A stretch of DNA of 20,000 nucleotides from an uncultured virus (IMG/VR IMGVR_UViG_3300044922_001008) (taxonomy: Duplodnaviria > Heunggongvirae > Uroviricota > Caudoviricetes). The notes under the pieces were generated by a model. The model had not been told where the DNA came from. It searched no databases and saw only the letters and a program-made list of their open reading frames with translations. The stretch lies in the IMG/VR virus record IMGVR_UViG_3300044922_001008. The stretch is one strand, 5' to 3'. Of this stretch, positions 1 through 8,471 are shown one piece after another. The position numbers and the translations under genes are program-made. Position 1 is the stretch's first letter; each line of letters opens with the position of its first letter.

Positions 1-1057
1 TAATAATGCCATCCAACTCATCAAAAATTTTGTGCAACCCTCTGTTGTCTTTGTATTTTTCTAATTCTTCGCTTTTATACCACTTGATTAGAACTTTAGC
101 ATCATTAACGATTCCAGCATGTAGTAACGCTTCTTTTAAAGAAATGTATGCTTCATCGCAATTATCATACTTCCCAAAAATTCCAATAGTCACAGGCTGA
201 AGATTGTTGTTGGTATATTTTTCAACCACATCTCGATACTTGTGTATTCTGCAAGAACTTCTATTTAAATGTAACAAATCAACAAACAAATCATCTACAT
301 GACGATCATAAAACGAAAGAGGAACTTGATAAATTGATTCAAAGTCAGGAGCATCAAAAACACATTCTCTAGTTACATTAGAAAGTTGAGAAACTTTTTT
401 CATGATCTTTTCTGGCACGGAGCTTTCTGTTCTGCAAAAAAGAACATCTGGCTGAAGTCCGTGTCTTTGCAATTCTTTTACAGCATTTTGCAAAGGCTTA
501 GTCTTGAACTCCTTGATTGTTTTAACCCAAAGAATTGGAGCAACCATAACAATCAAAACATTAGCACGATGAATTTGTTTAAATAGTCGAATAGATTCAA
601 AAAACGCAAAGCTTTCCGAGTCTCCGACTGTGCCACCGACTTCTGCGATAACAATATCGTGACTTTTACCCAAATCAACTAATCTTTTTTCAATCTTATC
701 GGTTAGATGAGGATTAACTTGAATAGTTTCACCAAGATATTTGCCATGCTCTTGCTCTTCAATTAATTCTTTTTGAAGAATCCCATGTGTGCAAATATTA
801 TTTTTACTAACAGTTATTCCAGCAATTCTTTCGTAATGTCCAAGATCCAAATCTGTTTCAGTTCCGTCATCACAGAGAAAACATTCACCATGTTCTCCGG
901 GTCCAAGAATGCCAGCGTTGATATTGTAATATGGATCAAACTTAACTAGCGTAATATTATGACCACGAAGTCTTAGTAGAAGACCTATACTAGCAGCTGC
1001 GACACCTTTGCCTGTTCCAGAGATAACGCCACCAACTACAAAAATGTATTTAGCCAT
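1..1057 (-). CDS. pyrG: CTP synthase (divergent; 3' end runs off the window)
   Basis: Manual translation from ATG at 1057 is open to the window edge: MAKYIFVVGGVISGTGKG...KFDPYYN...HGE...DDGTETDLDLGHYER...GKYLGETIQVNPH...EVGGTVGDSES...EFKTKP...GKYDNCDEAYISLKEAL...LDGII. GAGG SD upstream. Absent from the ORF track because the stop lies outside the window. Confidence 0.96.
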   Translation of the reverse strand, partial: MAKYIFVVGGVISGTGKGVAAASIGLLLRLRGHNITLVKFDPYYNINAGILGPGEHGECFLCDDGTETDLDLGHYERIAGITVSKNNICTHGILQKELIEEQEHGKYLGETIQVNPHLTDKIEKRLVDLGKSHDIVIAEVGGTVGDSESFAFFESIRLFKQIHRANVLIVMVAPILWVKTIKEFKTKPLQNAVKELQRHGLQPDVLFCRTESSVPEKIMKKVSQLSNVTRECVFDAPDFESIYQVPLSFYDRHVDDLFVDLLHLNRSSCRIHKYRDVVEKYTNNNLQPVTIGIFGKYDNCDEAYISLKEALLHAGIVNDAKVLIKWYKSEELEKYKDNRGLHKIFDELDGII

Positions 1058-1115
1058 TCTAAAGCCTCATTAAATCTATATTTTCTATTAGAGTAAGCTT
1101 AAAAAAAATGCCAAA

Positions 1116-3368
1116 TTAAAATAATTGACACGCACCTCCAGCACAAGCAACATTTTCCATAAGCTTAGTGTTATCTTCTTCTTCGTACATGGCAGTATAA
1201 TCTACATCCTTGTAAACTCTACTCAAATCTTCCCATAATTTATTGTTGTTTATGTCTTTCAAAAGATAAGTAAGTTCTTTGACATTATTCTGTAAATGTC
1301 TTTCGGCAAATTGTTTTGCTCTTCTAACCCAATCTTTTTGTAAGTTGCAATGAACCCATTCTGATTGTAATTTTTGCATTATTTCATCATTTAATTTTTC
1401 TGGAACCTTTGGCTCTTGAACCTCGAAAACACCCAAGGCAGCATCACAAGCTCGCCATAAGTTATTATGAAATGCATGAAGTGCATCGACAATCAATCCA
1501 GATGCAAAGATGCAACCTTTTCCATATTTAATGACTATTTCGTCAACTGTAAGAACTCTCGTGAATGGAGCTTGTGGATAATCCAAATCTCCCGTGGAAC
1601 CAAGCAAAGATATTCCAGCGAAACTTTTTCTATTATCATAAATAAAGCTTTCAACTGCTGACCATTCATGATCATGAACATTAATGGTATTGCTAACATT
1701 GTGAGACAACCAAGGAGCAGCACATATCTCTTTTCTTTTTCCACTCTCAATCCAATTTTCTTGTGTGAGTTTTACATATTCAAGCAATTGAATCGCATCA
1801 ATGTTAGCTTTAGTTAGAGCATCCTTATGAGTCTCTATGAGAAAACTTATAACTTTGTCTGTTCCATTTGCACTCCATACGGATGTTTCTATTGCACTTG
1901 GATTTATCGTTGAGAAATGTTGAATTGGATTTTCCATAGCGTTACTTTGAACTCTACGGATATATCTTTCAGCATGATGTGGATGAATACCACTCGATGT
2001 TTGTAAAATACAAGAAGTAGTTCCAGCAGGTTTTACTGTTGTGCTTCTTGCTGATAAATTAATTCCAATCTTATTTGCAATATCAGCATTTACTTCTAAT
2101 ACCAATCCAGCCATTTCTCTCTGAATAGAAGGATCAAAGCAAATCTTAGGATTATCCATCATGCCTGTGATCGAAACACCAAGCAAAGATTCTTTCTTTG
2201 TTATGCTTTCACTTATAGAACCCAAATAATCAAACTTTGTATATCCAGATTGCAAAGTTCCAATTATAGAAGCAACTCTTACAGCCAAAGCAAAATTTTC
2301 TTTTGATGTTAATTTGCTTCCATTTATTTCAGTCAAATTACAAAATTGGAATCCAGAGTTTCCAAATTCGTCATATCCACGCAAACTAATTTCGTTGCAA
2401 GGATTAAATAATTGTTCGTTAACACAATCCGTCCAAACAATTCCCGGCTCTCCAAATTGTTTGGTTGATTCAAATAATTTGTGATATTCTTCAAATGTAG
2501 TTGTTGCTTTGTCTAGCAAAACCGAATTATTGCTTCTAGCTCTTTGTGGATTTTCATAATACCAAGACCCAGTTTTTGCAGTCATCATTTCATTGTCTTC
2601 TTTAGAAAACAAAACAATAACAGCAGATCTTCTAATTCCACCGCTAAGAACGCAATCACTTGCATGCAAAAGATAATCCATGCAATCTATTGGTCTAATT
2701 TTTCTAAGATTCAATTCCAAACAATTATTCATTAATGAACGGCATTTTTCTAAACTATTTTCCAAAGGTTTAGGACCCGGAGCTTTTCCAATTCCATAAG
2801 ACAAAGGCGAACCTTGAGGTCTTATTTTGGAATAATTGAAAGATACTCTTTTCCCATAATATTCATGAAATTGCAAATGTGGCAAATAAGACGCAAGTAA
2901 AACACCAAATGCATCCGCCCATCCTTCTATTGAATCTTCTATTTCGTAAATCTTTTCTTCGGAAAAATCTTTTGCACTTTTCAAACCATTGTGGAAATTA
3001 GGCATTTTATCAACATGATTTTTAGTCACGCTAACGCCAACACCACAACCGCAAAGCAAAAGCCAAATCGCTTCTTGAAAAAAACTAGGTCGATCACAAT
3101 AACCAGCAGAACAATTATAAATTCTAGCTTCTTTTTTCAAAATTGGAGTTCCACCAAACTGCAATGCTCTTTGACTTCCAAGTGCCACTTTATTATGAAC
3201 ATGCTCAAATGCGAAATTTATCTCATCTGCAACCATGGGAAATTTTGTCAAATGCATGTTTTTGACACGCTCAATAGCTTCATGCCAAGTTTCTCTTCTT
3301 CCTAATTCTTTGTTATAACGAGCATAACGAGAAACGAATGTATAATCCGACAATGCTTTAGTTGACAT
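1116..3368 (-). CDS. nrdJ: Ribonucleotide reductase, monomeric class II (RTPR/NrdJm)-like
   Basis: RETW, YNC, NPCNEISL (thiyl-radical Cys loop), FCNLTE, TTVKPAGT, YPQAP and C-terminal CAGGAC. No ATP cone and no class I YY dyad. GAGG SD. Confidence 0.85.
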   Translation of the reverse strand: MSTKALSDYTFVSRYARYNKELGRRETWHEAIERVKNMHLTKFPMVADEINFAFEHVHNKVALGSQRALQFGGTPILKKEARIYNCSAGYCDRPSFFQEAIWLLLCGCGVGVSVTKNHVDKMPNFHNGLKSAKDFSEEKIYEIEDSIEGWADAFGVLLASYLPHLQFHEYYGKRVSFNYSKIRPQGSPLSYGIGKAPGPKPLENSLEKCRSLMNNCLELNLRKIRPIDCMDYLLHASDCVLSGGIRRSAVIVLFSKEDNEMMTAKTGSWYYENPQRARSNNSVLLDKATTTFEEYHKLFESTKQFGEPGIVWTDCVNEQLFNPCNEISLRGYDEFGNSGFQFCNLTEINGSKLTSKENFALAVRVASIIGTLQSGYTKFDYLGSISESITKKESLLGVSITGMMDNPKICFDPSIQREMAGLVLEVNADIANKIGINLSARSTTVKPAGTTSCILQTSSGIHPHHAERYIRRVQSNAMENPIQHFSTINPSAIETSVWSANGTDKVISFLIETHKDALTKANIDAIQLLEYVKLTQENWIESGKRKEICAAPWLSHNVSNTINVHDHEWSAVESFIYDNRKSFAGISLLGSTGDLDYPQAPFTRVLTVDEIVIKYGKGCIFASGLIVDALHAFHNNLWRACDAALGVFEVQEPKVPEKLNDEIMQKLQSEWVHCNLQKDWVRRAKQFAERHLQNNVKELTYLLKDINNNKLWEDLSRVYKDVDYTAMYEEEDNTKLMENVACAGGACQLF

Positions 3369-3439
3369 TTGATGCCTCTTTAATTTAATTGTGTTGGGAA
3401 TATATGTAAGAAAGAAGGTTGAATTTTTTTCAAAAAAAA

Positions 3440-5464
3440 CTATTTATTTAAAATTGTAAAACCATCTTCATGTATCAAATTTATAGTATCAGCAGTTTCC
3501 AGCATTTTTATCAAATCTTTATCATGAGTCGTAATAAATACTTGCTTTTCTTGTGACAGTTCCTGAATCATATTGTAAATCCCTTGTACGCCTAACGGAT
3601 CAATATTTGTTGTAACTTCGTCCAAGAAAACAATGGATGGTATGGTTCCACAACTAATCATCATGATGTCTGCAAATGCCTGAGAAACGGCAAGATTTAA
3701 TCTTCTACGCTGACCAGCAGACATTGCATGGTAAATATACGGATCGCCATTTTGTGGATTTCGTTCTATCGTTTCATTAAATTCATTATCAAACTTAAGT
3801 GTAAGCTTATTATCAATCAAGAATTGCAACCAATAAGCAATTCTGTTGTTGAGTTGTGGTATAATTCCATCAACAACTATCTTTCTAATTCCTTTTTCTC
3901 CAAATCCAGCTTGCCAATATTGATAATATTTCAGATTGTCTTCTGATTCTTTAATAGATTTCGACTTTTCTTGACATGATTCTTCGTTAGTCTTTACAAA
4001 TTCTTTTTCAGAAACGATGATATCTTCAAATGGACTTTTGCCATTTAATTCTTCGTTTTTTGCAGTGATTGAATCTCTTATTTGTGATATCTCCTGCTCC
4101 ATAAGCAATTCGTAGCTATCAGCCTTTGGTTCCTTAACCTTCATTGCAACTGATATTTTATTTCTTTCTAATTTTATCTTTGTTATATGGCTATTTGATA
4201 AAGATTCTTTTGTAGAAATAAATTCTTTTATCTTATTTTGTTTATCTGCAATATCTTGCATTTTTGTTGAGAGTTCACTGGCACTGGTGATTAGGACAGA
4301 CAAGTCTCTATTTGCTTCGTCTATTTCTTTTTGATCTTCATCTATAACTCTTTTGATATTTTTAGAATCAATAACTCCATAACAATGATCGCAGGTTGAT
4401 CCATGTTCGTTAGAACCCAATGATGCTATGTGTTGTTTTTTATTTTCTATAAATCTACGATGTGTATTTACTCCAAGCTTTATTTCTTCTCCTTTGGATC
4501 TTAATTCCAAAGCAACTTCTCGTATCTTTTCTTCTTTTTCTTTGGCTAACTTTATTTTTCCTTGTTCATCTTCAATCAATTTATCTAATTCATCAATAAT
4601 TTTAGATGATTCTTGTATTGTTTTTTGTGCATCTTGATAGGCAAGCAATTCTGCTCCATGAGATGTTTTTCCTAATTTTTCTTTTTTATCATCTAATGAT
4701 TTTTGTAAATTATCAACTTCTGATTTCTTAGTTCTCTTCCAATCTGATTCTTTTTGTTCTGCTTGTTGTAATCGCCTTTTCGATTGATCTTCGTTAGTTC
4801 GAAGAATATCATACTCTCTAGTTAACATCTTTATGTTTGCTGTTGTTTCAGAAACAAACTTTTTTGCTCTTTCTTGTTTTTCACGATAAGAGGAAAGAGC
4901 CAAAAGGTTTTCAACAATTTCTCTTTTTAATGCAGCATTAGCTTCTAAAAATGACGATGACTGGTCATCTGTGAATATACATATATTTACAAATGCCTCA
5001 TAAGACAAGCCTATGGAGTCTTCAATTAAGACTTGAGTTTCATCCATACTGCCAGTTGTTATTTCGGTGGTATCATTCCATTCTTGTGATTCACTTTCCC
5101 AAAATTGCAAAGAATTCTTTTTTCGACATCGAACAATTCTGTAATTGCCCCATTGCAATTCAACCATACAGTTTTTACCAACAAGATTGTTGATAACACC
5201 ATCTTTGGTTATTGCTGAAGGCTTCTTAATTGTCTTTCCATACAACCCATAAGAGATAATTTCTTGAATGCTGCTCTTTCCAGAGCCATTAGAACTTATC
5301 TTTACTTCATCGCAAGTAGGGCTTTCTTCTGTTTTTTTGACATCTCTATTTTCACCTCTGATGAAAACGATAGATCCATAGTCATCGAATTTTAATTCGA
5401 TACCTTTGGGTCCAAAACACAAAAAATTCTTAGCAGTCAGATATTTAAATTTTAAACTTTTCAT
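3440..5464 (-). CDS. sbcC: SbcC/Rad50/T4 gp46-like recombination ATPase
   Basis: KNFLCFG, Walker A SNGSGKS, coiled coil with CDHC zinc hook, MSAGQ signature, FLDE Walker B, ITTH H-loop. Start re-called at MKSLKF (5464), which avoids overlap with the upstream gene. Confidence 0.93.
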   Translation of the reverse strand: MKSLKFKYLTAKNFLCFGPKGIELKFDDYGSIVFIRGENRDVKKTEESPTCDEVKISSNGSGKSSIQEIISYGLYGKTIKKPSAITKDGVINNLVGKNCMVELQWGNYRIVRCRKKNSLQFWESESQEWNDTTEITTGSMDETQVLIEDSIGLSYEAFVNICIFTDDQSSSFLEANAALKREIVENLLALSSYREKQERAKKFVSETTANIKMLTREYDILRTNEDQSKRRLQQAEQKESDWKRTKKSEVDNLQKSLDDKKEKLGKTSHGAELLAYQDAQKTIQESSKIIDELDKLIEDEQGKIKLAKEKEEKIREVALELRSKGEEIKLGVNTHRRFIENKKQHIASLGSNEHGSTCDHCYGVIDSKNIKRVIDEDQKEIDEANRDLSVLITSASELSTKMQDIADKQNKIKEFISTKESLSNSHITKIKLERNKISVAMKVKEPKADSYELLMEQEISQIRDSITAKNEELNGKSPFEDIIVSEKEFVKTNEESCQEKSKSIKESEDNLKYYQYWQAGFGEKGIRKIVVDGIIPQLNNRIAYWLQFLIDNKLTLKFDNEFNETIERNPQNGDPYIYHAMSAGQRRRLNLAVSQAFADIMMISCGTIPSIVFLDEVTTNIDPLGVQGIYNMIQELSQEKQVFITTHDKDLIKMLETADTINLIHEDGFTILNK

Positions 5465-5478
5465 TCTGTAAGGATAAT

Positions 5479-6258
5479 TTATTTTATAAATCTTTTCAAG
5501 ATTTGATTTGAAAATTTTGTTCGATCCCATTGATGAAAAACGCAAAACCTATCTTTTTTTTGATTTTCAACCAATCCATCAATCATTTGTACATCATAAG
5601 GAAGCAAAAATTCTTTTTCTGCTTCGCCAGTGAGACAAAAGCTATCTTTTCGAGGATCGAATAAATGCATCTTTCCGGTAGATTTAAGATTGTTATAAAT
5701 AAAATTTAAAACCGCTTGGTCTGTACAAAATGGTCTTCCGAGGCAGTTTGACCACATCAAAAAACAAAAATCAATGATGTTTTTTCTGTAAGAAATACAA
5801 ACACCACCATTAACTACACACCAATCTGTGTAATTTTCTAAATCTTCCATTTGATTTTTTTGCAAATTCATTTGATCAATCATATTGAATGAAGATGATT
5901 GATGCTCAAATCCCTCACAACAAACTCCAACTGCAAATTCTGGACAATATGAGAATGGGTCGTGCTGGAAAAGAATATCTCTAGAGTCAGTAATGATTAC
6001 CTTGTCACAATTAGATTTAGATAAATATTTCCAAAAAGAATGCCAACGATTTGTAAATATTTTTTTATTTTTTCGAGGTTCGGTTATTATTTCACAACCA
6101 TATTCCTCAATTTTTGATATGTATTTAGAATCAATCCCATCCGTCAAACAAATAAATTTATTATTGAATTTTATTTTAGATATAGATGAAAAGTAAACCT
6201 GATATTGATTCCAATTAAGATCATCAATATTGTTAGCCCAAGTTAGATATAGGTTCAA
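5479..6258 (-). CDS. Putative GT-A fold glycosyltransferase
   Basis: TDSRDILFQHDPF (DxxD), VVNGGV, TDQAVLN and VFHQWDR motifs typical of nucleotide-sugar transferases. TTG start overlaps the upstream TGA (TTGA). Confidence 0.7.
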   Translation of the reverse strand: MNLYLTWANNIDDLNWNQYQVYFSSISKIKFNNKFICLTDGIDSKYISKIEEYGCEIITEPRKNKKIFTNRWHSFWKYLSKSNCDKVIITDSRDILFQHDPFSYCPEFAVGVCCEGFEHQSSSFNMIDQMNLQKNQMEDLENYTDWCVVNGGVCISYRKNIIDFCFLMWSNCLGRPFCTDQAVLNFIYNNLKSTGKMHLFDPRKDSFCLTGEAEKEFLLPYDVQMIDGLVENQKKDRFCVFHQWDRTKFSNQILKRFIK

Positions 6259-6962
6259 TTACTTTTCTTCCTTACAAGAAAATTTTTCATAGTTGTCTTT
6301 GGATGACCATAAAATTCAAATTGCCACTTTTCATATAAGTCTGGATATTTTTTTTGGAAGGAGAAGTCCAGATCAGAGATATTATCAGTAACCTGCTTAA
6401 TACTACGATTGTAATGAATAAATTTTGGCTTTACATCAGAAGACAATCTATTAGGTTCTAAGCAATTCCAAATATTATCGATCTGAGCTATTCTTTTATT
6501 GAAATTGACAAAACCAGATATGGAATGTTCAAATTGAAAGAACTTTTCAAAGGTTCTATAGTCACGATACATTTGCCATCCAAAGTTAGAACCATAACAA
6601 AAGCCCATGTTATAATCACTGGCAAACATTAAGTATTCATCAGTTTTTATTTCAAATAAATCAGAGATGTCATCATTGAAATAACCATCTATGTCAAAAT
6701 AAGAAAACATTCCTTGACTATGAGCCTGTAACTCAGAGATGGTATCAAATACCTCTCGTCTTTTATCAGTGACATTTTTCTTAGACAGAACAACGATATT
6801 GTTTAATTTTAAAACATCTATAATTTTTTGATTTTCGATGTCAAAGGCAAGCAAAATAACCATGCCATCAAAATTTGCAATTTCCTTGAGGGATGCAAAC
6901 CAAGAAATGCCATATTTCACAAAATAAGCTTCATCAAATGAAGATACTAAAAATTTATTCAA
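6255..6962 (-). CDS. Putative GT8-like glycosyltransferase (divergent)
   Basis: FDEAY N-terminal strand, YFDIDGYF (DxD), IWNC and FIHY motifs. Start re-called at TTG 6962, with a GAAGGAG SD and TTGA overlap with the sbcD stop. Confidence 0.55.
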   Translation of the reverse strand: MNKFLVSSFDEAYFVKYGISWFASLKEIANFDGMVILLAFDIENQKIIDVLKLNNIVVLSKKNVTDKRREVFDTISELQAHSQGMFSYFDIDGYFNDDISDLFEIKTDEYLMFASDYNMGFCYGSNFGWQMYRDYRTFEKFFQFEHSISGFVNFNKRIAQIDNIWNCLEPNRLSSDVKPKFIHYNRSIKQVTDNISDLDFSFQKKYPDLYEKWQFEFYGHPKTTMKNFLVRKKSN

Positions 6963-8017
6963 CTTATCTCCTTCTCGCAAATGATTTTTCCAATCTGTAT
7001 AAGCTTATCTCTATCAAGATCGCCAGTGCCAACAATGTCAACATACTGAGTGATCATTTCGTCTTCTTTAAATATTATTGCCTTTGCATTATCAATAGAA
7101 TCAATATCAATTTTTCTTTTCTGTTGTCTAATTTCAAGACTTCCCAAATTTTTATCCTTAGATATGTCTTTACGCATATCCAACAAATCTGTGGCGGAGA
7201 TATCATCTACAACAACTCGAACGAAATTCTTATCTAAATCATATTTTTCTATGTCCTCTGGAGATATGACAAGGTGTTTTGGCGAAAAATCATTTGTTAT
7301 ATATTCTTTTTTCCCACTCTTACAATTTAAAATAATAATATGTTTTTCTTGGAATGCCTCTCCAAAAGAAAGTTCAAGAGGAGAACCAATGTATTCAACA
7401 TTAGGCTCCAGAACTTGAGAGCAATGATAATGACCAAGATATACATGTTTGTACTTTTTAAACAAATTTGGGCTAATCTTTACCATCTCGCCATCATGCT
7501 CTATTGCAACATCTGCAATTGAACTTCCATGTAAAATAGCACCATCAATAGCCAAATGACCAAGAGCGTACTTTGGATCTCCATTTTCACTATCGAGTTT
7601 TGTTATTGCACTAATTGGATCATGCGTAAAAGGAATCATATCCCATAGACTTTCCTCTATATTCAACCTAAGAGGCTTATCAATAACTTTAACATTTGGC
7701 AAAGACGACAAAGGAGTGACACTACTGATGGAAGTTTGGTCGTTGAACCAAAGGTCATGATTTCCCAAAACAAGATATAAATGAAAAATATCTTTTTTCA
7801 GCCACTTCTGTAAAATTTCAAAAGTTTTTTGGTATGTGTAAACATCTATTTTCTGGCGATCATGAAAAAGATCTCCACCAAATAGAATTGATTTTATTTT
7901 TCTTTTTTCTGCGGTTTCAAAAACCCAATCAAGAACCTTGAGACAATCTTCCAGTCTCTCATTTCTTCTTTTGTGTGGGTGTATATGGATATCTGTAAAA
8001 AGCAAAACTTCATTCAT
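6959..8017 (-). CDS. sbcD: SbcD/Mre11/T4 gp47-like metallophosphoesterase nuclease
   Basis: TDIH, GGDLFH, GNHD, GH, LGHYH and YIGSP..LSFGE motifs. Start at MNEVLL (8017) has a GGAG SD; 8032 is an alternative start. Confidence 0.93.
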   Translation of the reverse strand: MNEVLLFTDIHIHPHKRRNERLEDCLKVLDWVFETAEKRKIKSILFGGDLFHDRQKIDVYTYQKTFEILQKWLKKDIFHLYLVLGNHDLWFNDQTSISSVTPLSSLPNVKVIDKPLRLNIEESLWDMIPFTHDPISAITKLDSENGDPKYALGHLAIDGAILHGSSIADVAIEHDGEMVKISPNLFKKYKHVYLGHYHCSQVLEPNVEYIGSPLELSFGEAFQEKHIIILNCKSGKKEYITNDFSPKHLVISPEDIEKYDLDKNFVRVVVDDISATDLLDMRKDISKDKNLGSLEIRQQKRKIDIDSIDNAKAIIFKEDEMITQYVDIVGTGDLDRDKLIQIGKIICEKEIS

Positions 8018-8041
8018 TGATAAAATCTCCATTAGTTTTAT

Positions 8042-8070
8042 AAACTAAACTAAAAATGGATATAAATCAA
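8042..8070 (-). promoter_or_regulatory. Putative sigma70-type promoter for the sbcD operon
   Basis: TTGATT-17 bp-TAGTTT on the minus strand. Same -35 hexamer as the promoter at 12598. Confidence 0.4.
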
Positions 8071-8072
8071 TG

Positions 8073-8453
8073 CTATTTAGGTTGTTCTATTTCTTTTGGT
8101 TGCTCTTTTGGTTGCTCTGGCTGATCTTTTGGTTGGTTTGGCTGCTCTTTTTTGTCTGTTGTTTCGCCATCTTGTGCTTTAAACATATTTCTTAAAGAAG
8201 ACCAAACATCAGAGGTTTTTATTTTTTTTGCAACACTTTTTCCAGTTGGCGCACCTCCCGGCATTCCACCACCCATAGGTGGCGCTCCACCGCCCATAGG
8301 TGGCGCTCCACCGCCCATAGGTGGCATTCCACCGCCCATAGGTGGCATTCCACCGCCAGCAGGAGGTGGTGGAGCCGCACCGCCAGCAGGAGGTGGTGGA
8401 GGTGGTGGTGCATCTTCTTTTATCAAATCAATAAATTGGCTAAAGCTTTTCAT
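8073..8453 (-). CDS. Low-complexity Pro/Gly/Met-rich protein with capsid-targeting-like N-terminus
   Basis: MKSFSQFIDLIKE start, polyproline, PPMGGG[M/A] repeats and a C-terminal (K)EQP repeat tail. Confidence 0.75.
   Translation of the reverse strand: MKSFSQFIDLIKEDAPPPPPPPAGGAAPPPPAGGGMPPMGGGMPPMGGGAPPMGGGAPPMGGGMPGGAPTGKSVAKKIKTSDVWSSLRNMFKAQDGETTDKKEQPNQPKDQPEQPKEQPKEIEQPK
8260..8358. repeat. 21-bp tandem repeat, about 4.7 copies (GGC[AT/GC]TCCACCGCCCATAGGT)
   Basis: Units start at 8260, 8281, 8302, 8323 and 8344 (partial). Encodes PPMGGG[M/A] on the minus strand. Confidence 0.95.
8351..8401. repeat. 24-bp direct repeat x2 (CACCGCCAGCAGGAGGTGGTGGAG, 27-bp period)
   Basis: Identical copies at 8351-8374 and 8378-8401. 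Encodes PPPPAGG. Confidence 0.9.
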
Positions 8454-8458
8454 GCAAT

Positions 8459-8469
8459 TATATATGAAA
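8459..8469 (-). promoter_or_regulatory. TTTCATATATA motif, candidate late/leaderless promoter
   Basis: 5 nt upstream of ATG 8453, no SD. An identical 11-mer with identical spacing lies at 19711. Confidence 0.5.
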
Positions 8470-8471
8470 AA

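Noticed and set aside
6..586. Short plus-strand ORFs (6-200, 386-586) and other ORFs under 125 aa antisense to long genes
   Set aside because: Antisense shadows of pyrG and other well-supported genes.
3369..3439. Possible cobalamin riboswitch upstream of nrdJ
   Set aside because: Only about 70 bp and no B12-box elements.
5465..5545. Longer ORF-track starts for sbcC (5545), and likewise 6980 and 9751
   Set aside because: They overlap upstream genes or promoter elements; the downstream starts fit SD position or domain boundaries better.
8260..8401. Tandem repeats as a possible CRISPR array or G-quadruplex
   Set aside because: No unique spacers, unit lengths are multiples of 3 and in frame, and the G runs are only GG from Pro codons.
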